Shown piece after piece: positions 12,761 to 23,839 of a stretch of DNA of 64,000 nt. The translations under genes were made by a program, and so were the position numbers. Position 1 is the stretch's first letter. Every line of letters starts with the position of its first letter. The stretch spans positions 7,378,001 to 7,442,000 of the forward strand of contig NC_087459.1 in the NCBI RefSeq assembly GCF_036321535.1, read 5' to 3'. The notes beneath the pieces are model-generated. The model ran no database searches and was not told where the DNA came from. It saw nothing but the letters and a program-made list of their open reading frames with translations. The DNA is from Camelus dromedarius (taxonomy: Eukaryota).

Positions 12761-15329
12761 GAATGGCAGTTCATTTATCAGGGTCATGCAGAAAGGGGTG
12801 CAGCTGCCAGAGGCCCAGGAAGCAGGATGGAGGGCAGTCAATGCAAGAGCTGTAGTTCAACTCGTCAGTCTTGGTTGTGACAGAGGCCAGTGTCCACATG
12901 GGAGGGGGGCCACTGGGGTTGGGGCTGGGCTGGTGTCAGAGTCTCTGGGAAGTCTCACAAGACCCTGGGGCTTGAGGTGGGCCTTGCCATTATTCAGACC
13001 CTTGGGAAGAGGATGGCTCAGGTCTCCTTTTTGGCTGAGTACCCCATTGAGTGCTGCAGGGTTAGGAAGCTGGCTGCCTGTCCCGCATAATCTGGCCAGA
13101 CCTAAGGGGAAAGGGACAGGAAGCACCAGAAAGGAGGGAAGCCTGGTCCTGTCCTGCTCTCCCAGCACCACGTCCACCTCCCCATTGCTGTCTGAGCCCT
13201 TCGTATGCCTCCAGACCACAAGTGGGGAGCCAGAAAAACTTACATCAGGTCCATCTGCAGTGGCAGCCCCAGGGTCTGGGGTGACACCTGAGGTATCTTG
13301 GGATTGGGGACACACTGCGGGCTGACACACTCCATGACAAGCCCCGTGACTCAGGCACATTCACATCCCTGCCACTTTGCACATGTCCTCGCAGCAGCGC
13401 AACCCTCCCGCCCCCAGCTTGGAGATGCTTCTGAGGTGCAGGCTGCCCCACCCATGCACCAGGGGCTCTGGGAATGGAGCATGTGGGCCTTGAGGGAGAC
13501 CTGAGCTGGTGCTCCAGCAGACTGAGTCCTGTGGCCAAAGTCAGGGCAGCTCAGCCATATGGGACTGTGGGCACCTTGGGGAGTGGATCCTGGGCTCCAG
13601 GCCTCATCTTGGCCCCTCTGCTCTGAAGGACCTGAGCCCCCATCCAGTCCCTGCTGCTTTGGGCGGCTGCCCCAAACCCTCCCAAACGAAGGAATGTGGC
13701 CTGAGCCCACTCTCTGCAGCTGGTCTGCCTAGGGTTCATCCTGGGCCATTGGTAGGGAAGGTTCTGGGCCACCCACTTACCCCACAGAGCTTCCTTTGCC
13801 ACCACCTCCACTTTCCCCCCACGCCAGACCTCCGAGACACAGCAGCAAGCTCCTACGTGTGACAAGACAGGGGCGGCCAACAGCTAAGCTGTGCTAGCCA
13901 AGGAACCCCTTCCCCGACCTCTGGGTGAGATGTCTCCCTGGCTCTCAGCCATGCAGTCCTTCCTGAGGCCAGACCCAGCTGTCCTGAGTGTCCTAGGTCC
14001 CCTGACCTCAGAGGCCACTTGTTTCCTTCTGACCAGTGGGAGATAGGACTCGCTCAAGTGGCCTGGAAGTGGATGTAAGCTGGAGGATGGGATCTGTCCA
14101 GTGAACCTCCATAGCATTAAAGGTGCTTGTAGGCCTGGCCCAAGGGGTAGTAGAGGTGGGGGCACTAGGCAGTGGAGGTGGCAGGCACTGGGCCAGATGA
14201 GTCCTGGGGTCCCCTGGGGCCCAAACAGCCCTCTTTGCACTGCCCATGTTTATGACTGGTGCTTGAATTTCCCTCCTCCCCAGACAGCTCTTGGTCCAGC
14301 CCTGTGGCCACCTCCTGCTGGGCCAGTAGGTCTCCATCAGTCCTCTCCCCTGGTCTGTGGGACCCCAAACCTCTCAGGGTCCCAACCCAACCCAGGCCTT
14401 CTCCAAGGCTGCTCTCTAGTAGTCCTCAAAGGAGTCTGCTGGGAGAAGAGGCCCTATGCCCCGCTTGGCACAGGGAGGCCTGAGCTGAGCCTGGTCAGTG
14501 GGTCCTGGGAAGTGGCAGGTGAAGCAGCATCCGCCATCTGCTCCTTCCATGGAGGGAAAGCTTCCTGTGCAGATGCTGGGAGGGGCTGGAGGAGTGGCCA
14601 CTGGCCCATGGCTTCCCTGAGGCTCCAACAGCCAGGCCTCCTCTCCTTCTGGGGTCATAAGTGGGGGACTCTCCCCATCCACTCAAACTTCCAGAAAGAC
14701 AGGACTCCCCCCAGCAAGTCTCAGAGTGCCCAGTCCTCCTTCTGGGGCCCTCCAGCCTTGGTCAGCTCCCAGCCCTCCTCCAGAACCAGGCACATGGCCA
14801 GCTCCCTCCCTTCCCCTTGTTCTCCCACTGTGGCAGCTCCACACAGGGTTGGGTCCAGGAGGTGTCCAGGGGCAGATCAGCTCCAGGCCAAGCGTCCACA
14901 AGCTCCTCCGGTAGTGTAATTATACCTAACACCTGTCTCATAGGCCCAGGGCTCATGGTGCTGGGGTGGGGAACCCAGAGTGCAGTCGGGTCCAGGACCT
15001 CACCTAAGCAGCCCAGCTGGGGGTCTGCAATTCAGCTTCCACAGGGCCACAGTCAGGTGGCACCAACCTACAGCCCAGGTACAGTTGCCATGGGGATCGA
15101 GTCTCGACGAGGCGGGCCACTGGGGTGAAGGGCTGTGGGAAGGTCTGGCAGGGCCAGAGGCCCAGCTGCAGCAGCCAGGGAAGGGGCTGCGGTTACGTAA
15201 GCCCTCTGGGGGTGGCAGCGGCGGCGCTGTCCCAAGCCCCCTCCCCACCCCCTCCTCATTGTAGTATCCACGGTGTTGTGGCCTGGCCTCCTCCCTGCCC
15301 TGTAGCCTGGCCCGGCACACACACCTTAC

Positions 15330-16100
15330 CTCGGCCCGGGCTCCTGGCTCATGCCACGCTGTCCACCGGGCGTCCTCCCGTCATGGGGAGCCCGGCATGC
15401 GCACCGGCGAAGCGGGGAGGCGGCCGAGGTGCTGGCCTGGCCGGCAGGGCCCGGCCGCGCCCCGCGCCCCGAGCCCCGGCCTGGCCGGCCCCCTCGGCCG
15501 CGCTCCGAGAGGAACTCCCCGGTGGGAGAGGATCGGCCGCCCCAAGCCTCCCACCGGGGAGGCTGAGGCTGTGCCCAGATAAATAAGGCCGCTTTGCAGG
15601 GAGCCAGGAGAGCACCTCCTCCCTCCCTTCGTCCTCCTCCCCGCGCTCCTCCTCCGCCCTCCTCCCAGCGCTCCTCCGCGGCCGCCGGCGGCGCCGCGCG
15701 CGCCCCCCACCCAGCCTTACGCGCCGCGCCTTTGCGCGCTCCCGGCTCCAGGAGCCAATCCGGTTTGGCGAGCCCGGGCGGGGGCGCCGAGGATGCCAAG
15801 CCCGGCCTCGCCAGCCCCGCCCCGCCCCGCCCTGCCGCGCGCACAGCGCGCTCCCGCCGCGGTGCCCACGGGCACGCGCCAGCGCGGCTTGCACCCCTGC
15901 CCTCCCTCGCCACGGGCGCTCGCACAATAACAAACCTGGGCGCATGGCCGGGAGGGGAGGGCCGAGTAAGTCAGGGCGCGCGGCCGGAGAGCGGGCCCGG
16001 AGCAAGCTCTGCCTGTGTGAAGCGGTGGGGAACCCCAAATCCTGAGGGGCGAAAAGGACTCGAGCCCTTGGGCGCCAGCGGTTGGCCCAGGGGTGAGCGA
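15330..16100 (-). promoter_or_regulatory. FBXL16 CpG-island promoter and non-coding exon 1 (about 15550-15330)
   Basis: Dense CpG island. Strong minus-strand donor CCGAG|GTAAGG at 15330/15329. TATA-like TTATTTAT at 15586-15579. TSS inferred. Confidence 0.65.
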
Positions 16101-17475
16101 ACGGTCCGACCCTCTTCCTCCTGGCTCCTCCTGCGGAGCAGAAGGTGAGGCTCCCTTCAGGGCCCTCATCTGCGCACCTGCTAGGTGCCAGGCGCAGGAA
16201 CCTCCCTCAGTGGGGAACACAGTTGCACACCTGCAAAGCCAGAAACAAGTGACCAGGAGATCATTTCAGAAAGTGATGAGTGTGATGAAAGTAAGAGAGC
16301 CACGGAATGGTGACCCCAGGAGGGTGATGGTGATAGTGGAGTTCCTGAGGACATGACACCAGAGCTGAGACCCCCCCAAGGGTGAGAGGGCAGAGAAAGT
16401 TGTCCAGGGAGGGGTGTGCAAAGGTCCTGAGGCCTTAAGGAGCCTGGCGAGTACCCTCTGGAATGGACTGGAGGTTTCAGTGGTGGCAGCTTAGTCTGGA
16501 CAGACTGGGAAAGAGGGTGGGGTGGGGTGTGGTGGGAGGGTGTGGAGGGCTCTGTCTGGGCCACTGGGGACACCAGGCCTCCAAGCCGGCCCAGGACAGA
16601 GGACAGAAGCTAATGCTGTCCATTCTGGGGTCTCCTGGGAGCAGAGATGGCAGAGGGAACAGGTGTGGGGAGAGCAAAGTGGGGTCTTCGCATCAGAGAA
16701 AGGCCTCAGAGCTGAGAGACAGCCCCCTTGAGAGAGCCTTAATAGAAATGAAACCAGTGGTGTCTGCAACATTTTGACAGGAAGTGGGGCCCAATGAGGC
16801 TGGTGTAACGGGAGGGCAGTGGGAGGGGGAACCAGGCTGGTCTGACCCTGGCTGGTTTGAGGGGCATTGTGCCACTCTTGCTGTATGTGGGACACTGGAT
16901 GGGGTGAAGGCAGCTCTCCCATGTGGCTGACTGCAGAGTCACAGTCTCGCTGACGCTGACCGGAGGAGGCTTGGCCTGGGCAGGAAGGGTGGGTTGCCCG
17001 AAGACTTCGAGGTGACTGGGAGAGTGTTTGTTGTCCAACCCATCCCATTCCCTCCAGTGTGTGGGTCTGGCAGTTTGGCCTTCCAGCTCAGCCTCCACCC
17101 CATGTGTGCAGGCACGGGTCAGCATGGACCCTGGTGTAGATGGTGTCCTGACTGGTGGGCAGGGTTTCACTTGGTGCTTTGAGGGGGTGAGGAGGTCACT
17201 TGCCTTGGGAGAATCTGAGCACTTGCTTAGAGGGACATGAAACACTACTGTGGGGCTCCTCTTCCCCCTGCCCCCACCTGTTCTAGTTGTAGAGGGGTCA
17301 CTTTACAGGCATGTTTGGTCCCCATGCTCCCAGGGCTCCCTCTGCTCTTTGCTGCAGCCTGCAAAGCCCCGAGTCTCTGTCACTGCTGGCCTGAAGCCTT
17401 GCCCTGTACTTGGCCCCTTGCTCTTAGAGCTTCAGCTACACTGGCTTCCCTCCAGGTCCAAGGGGGCACCATGTT

Positions 17476-17542
17476 CCTCACCTGGAGCATCACCTCATCT
17501 GGAGAACCCCTCACCTGGAGCACCTCTCACATGGAGCACCCC
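17476..17542. repeat. Short degenerate tandem repeat, about 16-17 bp x4 (cctcacctggagca-like)
   Basis: cctcacctggagcat / cacctcatctggagaa / cccctcacctggagca / cctctcacatggagca read directly. Confidence 0.6.
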
Positions 17543-18303
17543 TTATCTTGATGCCTAGACACCGAAGAGTCTCTTCAGTCCAGGTGGCTGGGGGTTTCCA
17601 GCTCTGGAGTCATGAAGGGGTGAGGACCAAAGGCTGTTGGCATGTCCCATCCTGAGACCTTGGAGGGCTCTGAGAGAGGGAGCCACTGTCACATCAGGGA
17701 ATCGGCTGCTTACCACAGAGTTCCCCACTGGTGGCTCTTGAGGTCTGGGGCAGTGGCTCTGAAACTCCTTGAGGCTCCTTGCAGGAGGTCCTCAGGCCTT
17801 TCCTTGGGGGGCTCTGGAGTGGAACGTGTGCCCTGGAACCACAGGCATGGGTCCCAAATCCTCCCTCCCTGGATGAGGCCTCAGACAGGTAGTTCTCCTC
17901 CTGGAAAATGAGTCGGGGGTCCAAGAGGATGCTCTGAAGATCCTAGTGCAGCACAGGTGGTGAGAACCCCATGCTCCAGAGTGATCAGGCTGGCTCTGAA
18001 GCTTCCTGCTCTGGAGCCATGGGCCAGATGGACACTGCTCCTCACTGCCTCTGCTCCCCACACAGAGACAGGGGCGCCAAGAGTGCCTGGGGAGGGAAAC
18101 ATATAGGGTGGGCAGGTGTGTTTGTCTGTCCTGGCCACTCTGCAGCCAGAATGGGCACCTACGACAGTGAGGACCTCACAGCCTGGGGCGACTGTGGCAG
18201 CAATGGGTGGCGGGCAGCAGGCAGTCGGCCTCTCTGCTGTTTCCAGCTTCTGTTTCCCTGCCTTCCCTCCTCCTAGGACCCAGGCCTGGCTCACCAGGGG
18301 CAG

Positions 18304-18475
18304 GGGGGCGGGGCGGCCAGAGCTGAGGATGACTCAGGGCCCAGCTGTCACCATGGCAACCCTGTTGCCTAGCAATGGCGGTCTCCCAGTAACGGCTGTC
18401 TCCTAGCAATGGGATATTTTCCCGGGCCCTGGCTGGAGCCTGGCAGTTATTTTTAGTTCGGCTGCAAATCAATCT
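18304..18475. promoter_or_regulatory. Candidate enhancer: GC box, AP-1, four RFX X-boxes, MEF2
   Basis: TGACTCA 18330-18336; GTCACCATGGCAAC 18347-18360; GTTGCCTAGCAAT 18364-18376; GTCTCCCAGTAAC 18381-18393; GTCTCCTAGCAAT 18398-18410; TTATTTTTAG 18447-18456. Confidence 0.75.
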
Positions 18476-19981
18476 GCAGCTGCATTTTTGGCTCCTGGAG
18501 AAGATGCAAGGTGTATGTAGGGGGGTGGATTTCTCATCAAAGGGAGGAAATTTGCCACGTGTCCCAAGGTACAGGCTCATGGGTAGGCGAGGTCAGATTC
18601 CACCTGGGGGTGGAGGGCGGGGGTTGTGCAGGTGAAAGGGAACCAAAGGTTGCAGAGTTGGCAGATATGACTCCCTGATGGGGTCTCTAGGAGGACTGGT
18701 CTCTCCAGCACCCTGGAGTTCCCTAGGTCAGGTTGGTCAGGAGCAATCCAGGCCAGTCTTCATGGTGGACACCATTGGATTGTGTCACTGGGTGGTCCAG
18801 ATTCTAGCTGCTTTCTGGCACCCCTTGGCTCTCAGTTATGGGAACTGCCCTCATCGTCTCCTGCCCCCAGCTTCTCCCAGGGGTGCAGCACCCTGCCCTG
18901 GGCAGCTGAAGCAGCATATTCAGGAGATCCTAGCTGCAGAGGTCTCAGTGGCCACAGGCTCTGCTGGGGACACATCTCTCCTTCTACCCTGCTTTTCCTG
19001 AAATGGGAGCCCAAGTGGGCAGTCTTGGGTAATTAAGAGAACCTGACCTCTCTCTGGGCTTTCTCACCATTTCCCTAAGGGCTGTGTTTGCTGTCCCTTT
19101 GAAGCCAAGTTCAAACTCCTCGGTGGCTGCTGGGCCTGGGGCTGTCCCTGCCCACCTCCCACTGGCCACCTTTCCAGTCCCTGTTTTGCCCTAAGCTCCA
19201 TCCAGGCCTTGGGCACTCTTCCTCCCAACCTGCCCGCCACTGACTCTGCTTGGCTTTTGTGTTATTCCCACAGGCCCTGGACCAGCCCAGCCCCTATCTT
19301 GGTCATGAGTGCTCCTGCCTGTGCCCTTCACCCTGTGGGGTTGCCTCCCCTGTCCCAGGCACTGTTCAGGGAAGGGCTCACCTTGGACGGCTCCTTGTCC
19401 CAGCATCTCCTCCAGCCCCCTGCCAGGCCAGGACCTAGATTTTGAGTGAGGCCCATTTGGAGGGTCAGGGCACTGAAGGATCTGGAGCTGGGGGACTTTG
19501 AAGGAGCCTCTAAACTGAGCACAGACATCAGGAGGGGATACCTGAGGTTTTGGATGTCAGTTGTCTATCCAAGCACTCACACTCCAGGTGTTTACTGAGC
19601 ACCTGCAGTATGTCTGCTCTTGCACCCACAGCAATTGAAGCCAGGTATGGTCTTCTGGGCTCCCTGTCCTTTGGGCAACAGACCTCTGATGGCTAACAAC
19701 ACTTGGTGCTTCCCTGGTGGGGCCAGGAGCTGTGAGAGACAGCCCTTGTCTGTGAGTGATAGCCTCACCAGTCCCCTTGAAGAAGCATCTGGGGCAGGAG
19801 GCAGGGGAAACCTGGTGTCAAAGGGCCAGCTCAGGGCCAGGCATGTGCCCATTCTGGACCAGGTTACCCTCAAGGAGCCGCTCCCTGGCACCAACATACA
19901 CAGGCCCATTCTCTGCCCAGAGTGGGGAGGTGGAGGGTGAGGGTGGGTGAGCCAGGGGCCCAGGGCTGACTCCTCATACTG

Positions 19982-19995
19982 CCACCAGAGGGCGC
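19982..19995 (+). promoter_or_regulatory. CTCF core motif
   Basis: CCACCAGAGGGCGC matches the CTCF core CCASYAGRKGGCRS exactly. Confidence 0.7.
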
Positions 19996-20169
19996 CAGGA
20001 GCCCACTGTCAGCCTCAGAGACTGGGGCATGGGCAGTAACATCCTAGTGACTCCAGAAGTGGAACCCCCTACCCCGTCTCTGCTGGGACAGCTGACTGGG
20101 GTTCCCCCTCCCTTCCTTCTACTGAGCCTCTTCTGCCTTCTCTGTGCCCAGCGCCAGGGCCTGTGTACC

Positions 20170-20480
20170 CCTTTTTATTTTTAATTGGGGAATATATACA
20201 TAAGACTTACCATCTTAACCATTTTTAAGTACACAGGAGCGTTGACTCCATTCACATTCCCCTGCCCCTGGCACCCTCCATTCTACTTTTTCCCTATGAA
20301 TTTGGCTATTTTAGGTCCTTTTGTGACTGGCTTATTTCACTGAAACCAATGTCTTCTAGGTTCTTCCATATGGTAACATGTCAGAATTTCCCTTTTAAGG
20401 CTGAATTATATTCTACTGTATGGATGGACCCCATTTTGTTTACCATCATCCATCAATGGACACTTGGGTTGTGTCCTCCT
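20170..20480 (-). mobile_element. Old L1 (L1M-type) 3' fragment
   Basis: T-rich start, accatcttaaccatttttaagtaca, gtgactggcttatttcactg, ccatcatccatcaatggacacttgggtt: antisense L1 3'UTR hallmarks. Confidence 0.7.
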
Positions 20481-21389
20481 TTAGGGGTTCTCACCCCATG
20501 TTGCCCAGGGCCAGGAGCCAGCTGAGCCCTGCAGGTGCCTTGCCCCTCTTTGACCTGGAAGGGCCCTGGGGCCAGGGGAGGGGGATGTGGTACACTCAGT
20601 TTGGCAGTGCCTCCGATGCCCTACTTCCCCTTAGTGCCATTTGCCCTCATCTGTCTGCATGCACTTCTGGTCCTTGGTAGCAGGAAGGCTGGGGTTGGGG
20701 AGATAGTGGGGTAAAAGACTTCACACCCACAGACAGCAGAGAGTCTTATGCTGGTCCCTGCAGATGCCAGCCAAAGCTCTCACTGACTCCCAAGGGTTCC
20801 AGTACCCGGTTGGAGTCTTGGGTTTGTGCCTAAGGCCTCTATAATCTGACCCCAGGGTGTCACAGGCTGTTGGGAGCCCATCTACTGGGTTCACACCTTT
20901 GCCACGGCTGTCTATCTGCTCCTCCCCTCTGCCTGGAATTCCCTCCAGTCTCCACCTGGCTAGCCACTCCCCACCTCCCTGGCCTCCACAATGACCCTAG
21001 GTGTGGGGGGAATCCTTTATGAGAGTAGGCCCCATTTCAGCTTGTCTCGATCTATTGGGGGCCTAATTCTGGGGCTCAGGGCTGTCCTTGCTCCTGCTTT
21101 TCCACAGTGCCTGCAGCCCCAGCGCCCTGGCCCCTCATCCCTGGTTTCAGTCACCCCCACCCCCTGCCCGCCGCATGTGGCGAGTCACCAGGATTAGACT
21201 GGGGCGAGATGGGGGATGGAAGCCCAGGTCCTACTCTTGGGAAAAGACACCGGAGATGAATCCCCCTCCTCTAGAGGTTCCGTGGGCACCACCCCCACCC
21301 CGGCCAAGGGCTTGAAGGACGGTGGCCCAACCAGGACCCAAGATGGCATACAAGTCGAGGCTGGAGGTGAGGGGACTTCGAGGAGGCAA

Positions 21390-21655
21390 CACGGAGCATG
21401 TCCAGCCGCGGAGCCCCCTCCCGGGTGCTTCCTGGACTGCAGGCTGGTCCTCCCGCTCCTGAGAGCGCCGCTGTGATTGGCGGAAAGTTCGGGGGCCGCT
21501 GCGCGATTGGCCGCCTGGCCCGTCCCCCGCTCCCTGGAAGCTCCCAGGCGCCTCGCGGGGTGCGCGGCCGGCCGGCGCAGGCGGTGGGGCCTGTGCGGGG
21601 CCGGGCCCCGCGCCCCAGCTGCTCCCCACCGCGCCCCCGCGCGTCCTCGCGCGCC
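21390..21655 (+). promoter_or_regulatory. METRN CpG-island promoter with two inverted CCAAT boxes
   Basis: ATTGG at 21476-21480 and 21506-21510, with GC-rich sequence up to the ATG. Confidence 0.6.
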
Positions 21656-23839
21656 ATGCCTCCCCCTGCGCTGCTCTGCGCGCTTTGCTGCGGCCTCTTG
21701 GCCGTGGCCGCCCGCGCCGGCTACTCGGAGGACCGCTGCAGCTGGAGGGGCAGGTACGAGCCTCACTGGAAGCCCTCGCGGACTAACCCTCTGGGGCTGT
21801 GCGCACCCATTAGGAAGGAGCCGTGTCATCCGCTGTTTTGGATGGAACATTCCGACCCAGCACCGCACCGAATCCTTGCTCTCTCCCTCTGAGTCCCGGA
21901 ACGCTGGGCCTCAGTTTCCTCTTCCACAAAGTGGACGCAGCTGTTGGTAGCTGCAGTGAGAGGGTGCACGGGGAGCAGGCTGGCCGGGTGGGGACGCCAA
22001 CCGCCCTCCTCACCACCGCCCGTCCTGTCCGCAGCGGCCTCACCCAGGAGCCCGGCAGCGTGGGACAGCTGGCCCTGGCCTGTGCGGAGGGCGGGATCGA
22101 GTGGCTGTACCCCGCCGGGGCGCTGCGCCTCACCCTAGGCGGCTCCGACCCCGGCGGGCGGCCGAGCATCGCCTGCCTGCGGCCGGCGCGGCCCTTCGCA
22201 GGAGCCCAAGTCTTCGCGGAGAGGGAGGGAGGCACTCTGGAGCTGCTCCTGGCCGAGGGCCGAGGCCCGGCCAGGGGCCGATGCGTGCGCTGGGGTCCTC
22301 GCGAGCACCGGGCCCTCTTCCTGCAGGCCACTCCACATCCCGATATCAGCCGCCGCGTGGCTTCCTTCCGCTTCGAACTGCGGGAAGACGGGCGTCCAGA
22401 ACTGCCTCCGCAGGCCCAGGGACTTGGTGCAGATGGTGAGTGCCAGTCCGAGTTGGAGACCGGTGGGAGTCTTGGAGTCGCACCATGGCCGGGTGGGGTG
22501 AGAACGTGTCCGTCTTCCCCATTGCACAGAGGGAGAAACTGAGACCCCAGAGTGAAGCAGCCTATCAAAGGCACTCAGCTAGTGAGAAGCAGTGCCAGGA
22601 CAGGTGGGAGGGAGGAAATGAGGAAGGGGTGATCCCTCAGCCTGCCGCTTAGGGAGAGAGCTGGTAGGGGGCAGAATCCTGGAAGGGGAAGCCAGGCAGG
22701 GCTACCCAGGCCCCTGGTCCCTGAGGAGTTCAGGGGAGGGGATGATGGGGGACAGAATCAAAGCCTCCGGCCAAAGATGTCCCGGGCTCCCTGGCCCAGC
22801 GGTGACCTCCCTCCCCTCCCCCAGCCCAAAACAACAGAAGTCCAGTGTGAGCCCAGTCACCATGGAGATGAAGCCCCACCTCCTGGCAGGGCACCAGGTC
22901 CAGCTCTTTGCTCTCCTGGAGCTTGCAGCCTGACCTCACAGGGGATGGGGGTCTCTCTCTCACAAAGACCCCCTGACCTCAGAGCCCACCATAACCTCCT
23001 GCCACATGGGCTGGGCTGGTGTCCTTGGGCCCCAGGAGGCAGCCCTGGGAGACTAAGGGGTTATCGCCTGCTGGTGCCTATATGTGAGATGCTTGCACCC
23101 AGACACTTGAGCTCCAGGTCAGGGGGTCTTTGTGCTGGCATGCTGGGCACAGCACCCAGGCCCATGTCTGTGTGTGCATGTTTCAGGCAGGCACAGGCCT
23201 GTGGTGTCACCTTGGGTACTGGGTGTCTTCAGGGTGTGCACACATGCTCTCTGGGATCTCCAGTTGCCATCAGGCCCTGAGAGGGGTCTGGTAGCTTGCC
23301 CTCTCCCTCCTGTGTCCAGCTGGGGGAGGCCTTTGGTGGTCCAGGAGAAGGCAGGGCCTCCACTCAAGACCTCCCCTGCATGCCAGGTGCCTGCAGACCC
23401 TGCAGTGATGCTGAGTTCCTTCTGGCTGCATGCACCAGTGACTTTGGTGAGTGCCCCTGCTGTGGGGAGACCCTGGGGCCTACCTTCCCCTGCATGCCAC
23501 TGGCCAACATGTGTCCCCACAGTGATCCTCGGAACCATCCATGGGGTAACCCACGACACAGAGCTGCAGGAGTCCATTATCACCGTGGCGGCTGTCCGTG
23601 TCCTCCGCCAGACGCTGCCGCTGTTCCGGATAGGGGGCCCTGGGGCCCAGGTGCAGGCCTCCATTCGCACCCCACTGCGCTGTGGTGTCCGCCCCGGCCC
23701 TGGCATCTTCCTCTTCATGGGCTGGAGCCACTTTGGTGAGGCCTGGCTGGGCTGCGCCCCCCGCTTCCGGGAATTCAGCCGTGTCTATGCAGCTGCCCAC
23801 ACCAACCACCTCCACCCCTGTGAGGTGGTGCTGGACTGA
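21656..23839 (+). CDS. METRN: Meteorin (secreted glial cell differentiation regulator), 291 aa. Exons 21656-21753, 22035-22435, 23387-23446, 23523-23839.
   Basis: Signal peptide MPPPALLCALCCGLLAVAARA, then GYSEDRCSWRGSGLTQEPGSVGQLALACAEG..., CRPCSDAEFLLAACTSDF, ends HPCEVVLD*. Exon sum 876 nt, GT-AG, phases consistent. Confidence 0.96.

Noticed and set aside
14101-14919. 272-aa ORF in FBXL16 intron 1
   Set aside because: GTG start, P/G/S/W-rich composition typical of chance GC-rich frames, no recognisable motif or splice architecture.
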